From Burkholderiales bacterium (lineage in GTDB: Bacteria; Pseudomonadota; Gammaproteobacteria; Burkholderiales; Burkholderiaceae_C), in contig JAGWTR010000002.1 of NCBI GenBank assembly GCA_028868855.1, forward strand, positions 388,030-452,029: DNA of 64,000 bases, read 5' to 3'. Positions 60,922 to 64,000 of the stretch are shown here, piece by piece (position 1 is the stretch's first letter; every line of letters starts with the position of its first letter). The position numbers and the translations under genes were made by a program. The notes beneath the pieces were generated by a model, which was not told the origin of the DNA, ran no database searches, and was given only the letters and a program-made list of their open reading frames with translations.

Positions 60922-62073
60922 ATGAATTTTCTGCCTTCCTTGTCGGCCTCAAGCCGCGTGCGACGCACTTTGTGTGTCTCAACCCTGGCCGCATCCGCCG
61001 TGTTGTTGTCGGCCTGCGGTTCATCCAAGCCGCAACCTGCACCGCTGGAAACCTTCACTCCCAGCCAGGGAGTCACCACTGTCTGGAGCCAACGATTGGC
61101 GTCAGCCGAAGGCCCACTGACCTTGGCTGTGTCCAAGGATTCTGTGGCCTGGGCCGGCAGTGACGGACACATTCTGTCGGTGGACGTTCAAACGGGGCGC
61201 GAACGATGGCGCACCCAGGTCGATGCACAGTTAAGTGCGGCCGTGGGTAGCGATGGTCGCTACGCCGCCGTGGTCACCAATGACAACGAGCTGATCACCT
61301 TTGATCAAGGCAAGGTCCTGTGGCGTGAGCGCCAGCCCGGTCGGGTCATCACGGCGCCGTTGGTGGCGGGCGAACGCGTCTTCGTGCAAGGGGTGGACCG
61401 CAGCGTGCGAGCCTATGACGTGCTCGATGGCCGCTGGTTGTGGAGCTACCAGCGTGCCGGCAGCGAGCCCCTGTCCTTATCTTCTCCCGGTTTGTTGTCT
61501 GCGTTCCGAGATACTTTGGTGGTGGGGCAGGGTGCTCGTTTCGTGGGCCTTGACCCTCTGAAAGGCACCCCTCGTTTTGATTTTGGCGTTGGCACCCCGC
61601 GTGGCACCAACGAAGTCGAACGACTGGCCGATCTGGTCGGGCCAGGTGCCCGCGTCGATGATGAAATGTGCGTACGCTCCTTCCAGTTGGCAGTTGCTTG
61701 TGTCGAGCTGAATCGTGGCAGCTTGCGTTGGTCACGCCCTCAGGCGGGCACCAAGGCCGTCGCTGCGGACCAGGTGGTTGTGGTGGGGGCCGACGGCTCA
61801 GATCGCCTGAGTGCCTGGCGAGCTGACAATGGCGACTTGCGCTGGCGTGTCGATCGCTTTCTTCACCGCCGTCTAAGCGCCCCGGCGGTGTGGGGCAAGT
61901 TGATCGCAGTGGGTGACAACGACGGGCAATTGCATGTGCTGGCGGCCGACGACGGGCGCACCGTGGCACGAGTTTCCCTGGACGGACCCTTGAGCGCAGC
62001 ACCGGTGGTGGTCGATGGCTTGCTGCTGGTTGCCACCCGCCCTGGCACGCTCTACGCCTTGCGCGCCAACTGA
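60922..62073 (+). CDS. bamB: outer membrane protein assembly factor BamB
   Basis: It has the lipobox LLSACGSS and PQQ-like beta-propeller repeats. ATG 60922 is preferred; ATG 60904 is an alternative. Confidence 0.9.
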   Translation: MNFLPSLSASSRVRRTLCVSTLAASAVLLSACGSSKPQPAPLETFTPSQGVTTVWSQRLASAEGPLTLAVSKDSVAWAGSDGHILSVDVQTGRERWRTQVDAQLSAAVGSDGRYAAVVTNDNELITFDQGKVLWRERQPGRVITAPLVAGERVFVQGVDRSVRAYDVLDGRWLWSYQRAGSEPLSLSSPGLLSAFRDTLVVGQGARFVGLDPLKGTPRFDFGVGTPRGTNEVERLADLVGPGARVDDEMCVRSFQLAVACVELNRGSLRWSRPQAGTKAVAADQVVVVGADGSDRLSAWRADNGDLRWRVDRFLHRRLSAPAVWGKLIAVGDNDGQLHVLAADDGRTVARVSLDGPLSAAPVVVDGLLLVATRPGTLYALRAN

Positions 62074-62089
62074 GTATTTTTGGATTTTC

Positions 62090-63430
62090 ATGAAACCTGT
62101 GATTGCGTTGGTCGGAAGACCCAATGTCGGCAAATCGACATTGTTCAACCGTCTGACCAAAACCCGTGACGCCATCGTGGCCGACTTCGCCGGCCTGACC
62201 CGTGATCGCCACTACGGTGAAGGACGCCAGGGCTCGCGCCACTACATCGTCATCGACACCGGCGGCTTCGAGCCGGACTGCACCGAAGGCATTTTCAAGG
62301 AGATGGCCAAGCAGACCCGGCAGGCCGTCGCCGAAGCGGACGCCGTTATATTTGTGGTCGATGCCCGCGGTGGCTTATCCGCCCAGGATCACGACATTGC
62401 CCGTTACCTGCGCACGGCCAATAAAAAAGTCCTGCTCGCGGCCAACAAGGCCGAAGGCATGCAAGAAGGCGTGCAGTTGGCCGAATTTTTCGAACTGGGC
62501 ATTGGTGAGCCCATTCCCATCTCCTCTGCGCACGGGCAGGGCATTCGCAGCCTTCTGGACATGGCGCTGGATGACTTTTTCGTGGGTGAAGACGACGAAG
62601 AAGAGGTGGAGGAAGACCCCAATCGCCCCATCAAGCTGGCCGTGGCGGGGCGACCCAACGTTGGCAAATCCACTCTGATCAATGCCTGGCTGGGCGAAGA
62701 GCGGCTGGTGGCCTTTGACATGCCTGGTACCACGCGAGATGCCATCAGTGTGCCCTTTGAGCGGGAGGGCCAGCGCTTTGAGTTGATTGACACTGCCGGT
62801 CTGCGCCGCAAGGGCCGCGTTTTCGAAGCCATCGAGAAGTTCTCGGTCGTCAAGACACTGCAAGCGATTTCCGACGCCAATGTGGTCCTGCTGCTCCTGG
62901 ATGCTACCCAGGGGGTGACTGAGCAAGACGCCCACATCGCCGGCTACATTCTGGAGTCGGGGCGTGCCGTGGTCCTGGCCATCAACAAGTGGGACGCGGT
63001 TGACAGCTACCAGCGTGAATTGCTGGCGCGTTCCATCGAGACGCGTTTGGCCTTCCTGAAATTCGCACCGATCCTGCACATTTCGGCCATCAAGCGCCAA
63101 GGCCTGGGGCCGGTGTGGAAGTCCATCACCGACGCCTGGGCGTCGGCCACGCGCAAGATGCCGACGCCCATCCTGACACGCCTGCTGCTGGAGGCCGTGG
63201 AGTTTCAGCAGCCCAAGCGGGCCGGTATTTCACGGCCTAAGCTGCGATACGCTCACCAAGGCGGCCAGAACCCGCCCATCATCGTCATCCACGGCAATTC
63301 TTTGGAGCACGTTTCCGAGTCGTACAAGCGCTACCTGGAAGGACGTTTCAGGGCGCATTTCAAGCTCACCGGAACGCCTTTGCGGATTCAGATGAAGTCG
63401 TCCAGCAATCCTTTCAACGACAAAGACTGA
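62090..63430 (+). CDS. der: ribosome-associated GTPase Der (EngA)
   Basis: ATG 62090 gives 446 aa with two G domains ([24 protein letters not shown]) and a KH-like C-terminus. Confidence 0.95.
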   Translation: MKPVIALVGRPNVGKSTLFNRLTKTRDAIVADFAGLTRDRHYGEGRQGSRHYIVIDTGGFEPDCTEGIFKEMAKQTRQAVAEADAVIFVVDARGGLSAQDHDIARYLRTANKKVLLAANKAEGMQEGVQLAEFFELGIGEPIPISSAHGQGIRSLLDMALDDFFVGEDDEEEVEEDPNRPIKLAVAGRPNVGKSTLINAWLGEERLVAFDMPGTTRDAISVPFEREGQRFELIDTAGLRRKGRVFEAIEKFSVVKTLQAISDANVVLLLLDATQGVTEQDAHIAGYILESGRAVVLAINKWDAVDSYQRELLARSIETRLAFLKFAPILHISAIKRQGLGPVWKSITDAWASATRKMPTPILTRLLLEAVEFQQPKRAGISRPKLRYAHQGGQNPPIIVIHGNSLEHVSESYKRYLEGRFRAHFKLTGTPLRIQMKSSSNPFNDKD

Positions 63431-63526
63431 GTGGGCTTTACGCCAGATTCACAATGCCCTCACCATTGATAGGGTAGGGCCTGTGTTAAGGTGTCAAGTC
63501 CAAAACTTTTCAACACGGAGCATATC

Positions 63527-63775
63527 GTGAGCAACAAAGGGCAACTCCTACAAGACCCCTTCTTGAATCTTTTGCGCAGAGAACATGTGCCGGTGTCCAT
63601 TTATCTGGTCAACGGCATCAAATTGCAGGGACACATCGAATCGTTCGACCAATACGTGGTGCTCCTTCGCAACACGGTCACCCAAATGGTCTACAAGCAC
63701 GCGATTTCCACCGTCGTGCCTGGCCGCGCGGTGAATTTCCACGCCAACGAAGATTCGCCCGAAGGCGCGGTTTGA
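63527..63775 (+). CDS. hfq: RNA chaperone Hfq
   Basis: GTG 63527 follows GGAG. The 82-aa product begins [48 protein letters not shown]. Confidence 0.95.
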   Translation: MSNKGQLLQDPFLNLLRREHVPVSIYLVNGIKLQGHIESFDQYVVLLRNTVTQMVYKHAISTVVPGRAVNFHANEDSPEGAV

Positions 63776-63827
63776 TTTTTTCAAGCCTGCCTGTTCGCTC
63801 ATCCAGCCGACCTGTTGTCCTGACGCC

Positions 63828-64000
63828 TTGAGTTCTTCATCGTCGTCTGTGCAAAAACCGTCCGATTCTCCTCGGGTCGTGCTGGTGGGTGTCGATTTTG
63901 GGCCTGGGTCGTCTTTCGACCCCACTCTTAACGAACTAGCGCTGTTGGCCGAATCCGCTGGTGACCAGCCAGTTGAAAAAGTTACTGCCAAGCGCAAGGC
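63828..64000 (+). CDS. hflX: GTPase HflX, N-terminal part (continues beyond window end)
   Basis: The open frame reads RVVLVGVDFGPGSSFDPTLNELALLAESAGDQPVEKVTAKRK, typical of the HflX N-domain. The start is uncertain (TTG 63828 or GTG 63849). Confidence 0.75.
   Translation, partial: MSSSSSSVQKPSDSPRVVLVGVDFGPGSSFDPTLNELALLAESAGDQPVEKVTAKRK

Noticed and set aside
1-64000. Scanned for tRNA/rRNA genes, CRISPR arrays, integrases or transposases, toxin-antitoxin pairs, restriction-modification or other defence genes, and prophage remnants.
   Set aside because: None was found. All intergenic regions of 90 nt or more were read by eye, with no T-loop GGTTCGAATCC-type motifs and no mobile-element ORFs. 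The window behaves as conserved core chromosome, so I do not claim a novel defence or accessory system here.

Overview
This is a GC-rich proteobacterial core-chromosome segment. Gene order suggests a betaproteobacterium of the Burkholderiales/Comamonadaceae type: a DUF4845 gene between lepB and rnc, pilW between rlmN and rodZ, and der-hfq-hflX. That placement is inference only, since no search was possible and all homology calls rest on motifs read from the ORF translations. I call about 66 protein genes. I found no rRNA or tRNA genes, no CRISPR array, and no transposase, integrase, phage or recognisable defence genes. The content is almost entirely housekeeping, arranged as a chain of classical conserved blocks: (1) yceF | yceD-rpmF-plsX-fabH-fabD-fabG-acpP-fabF; (2) orphan-rpoE-rseA-like-degP/mucD; (3) lepA-lepB-DUF4845-rnc-era-recO-pdxJ-acpS-nagZ; (4) rne | rluC-HAD-Rieske-sppA; (5) corC-lnt-glyQ-glyS-gmhB; (6) can-aceK; (7) bamD | rluD; (8) scpB-rluB; (9) ndk-rlmN-pilW-rodZ-ispG-hisS-yfgM-bamB-der-hfq-hflX. 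I did not find a convincing novel multi-gene system. The least ordinary loci are: (i) a minus-strand trio at 33.8-37.6 kb, made of a His-rich COG0523 GTPase, a Cys-depleted DksA with a lysine-rich histone-H1-like N-terminal tail, and a 598-aa orphan with duplicated STAS-like modules; (ii) a 370-nt structured region upstream of lepA, ending in a terminator-like hairpin and U8 tract that abut the lepA ATG, which also holds a perfect DnaA box in the loop of a 12-bp inverted repeat; (iii) a sigmaE-type promoter and 10-bp direct repeats where rseB would normally sit; (iv) a roughly 690-nt hairpin-rich rne leader. Many long ORFs in the track are antisense or over-extended artefacts of high GC and were rejected.
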